This document shows positions 63,879 through 64,000 of a stretch of 64,000 bases of DNA, piece after piece. Both the position numbers and the translations under genes were made by a program. The notes beneath the pieces were generated by a model. The model had not been told where the DNA came from and made no database searches. It saw nothing but the letters and a program-made list of their open reading frames with translations. The DNA is from Andalucia godoyi And28 (lineage: Eukaryota > Protista > Jakobida), in the NCBI GenBank assembly GCA_009859145.1, contig VRVR01000021.1, positions 133,507 to 197,506 on the forward strand, in the 5' to 3' direction. Position 1 is the stretch's first letter; each line of letters begins with the position of its first letter.

Positions 63879-64000
63879 TTATACTTACCTTAGCAGCCGT
63901 GCTTTCTAACTCCCTTTTTTTGTTTTGTTGTTGATGCATTCCACCTTCAAACACTCGGGGTGAAGTAAGACGTTTCCTTAAAAGCCGCCCCCCTCTTCTC

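Noticed and set aside
63881-64000. ATACTTACCT, identical to the U1 snRNA 5' end
   Set aside because: No U1-70K loop (GATCACGAAG), no convincing U1A stem-loop or four-way junction, and a T-run follows; better read as a splice donor on the opposite strand

Overview
Gene-dense, intron-poor nuclear DNA of a flagellated microbial eukaryote. It has about 34 protein-coding genes, five well-supported spliceosomal introns (all with GTATG[C/T] donors), the standard genetic code (TAA, TAG and TGA all end genes) and many microsatellites. A ciliary SHIPPO-repeat protein, bacterial-type glucokinase, mitochondrial Era and sparse introns suggest a Discoba-like protist such as a jakobid; this is inference only. 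Recognisable genes: R3H-domain protein, STPG/SHIPPO-repeat protein, glycerol kinase, class IV aminotransferase-like protein, GOST 7TM protein, type-B carboxylesterase, WDR55-like protein, Zn(II)2Cys6 protein, ALG5, epoxide hydrolase, SET protein, Era, BRCT protein, DNA2, glucokinase, mucolipin, TMEM135-like protein, two tandem NADPH-dependent FMN reductases, SRPBCC protein and ABHD13. I found no rRNA, tRNA, CRISPR array, recognisable transposase or operon-like novel system. The best leads are: a protein with more than 20 LC8-type xQT motifs plus a coiled coil; a strong strand-alternation bias in gene order; uniform yeast-like GTATGY splice donors; a frameshift splitting DNA2; bacterial-type enzymes (glucokinase ending in -GKI, duplicated FMN reductase); and several decayed coding-like gaps, one with a roughly 400-codon frame interrupted only by TGA. 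All homology calls are from motif recognition, not database searches.
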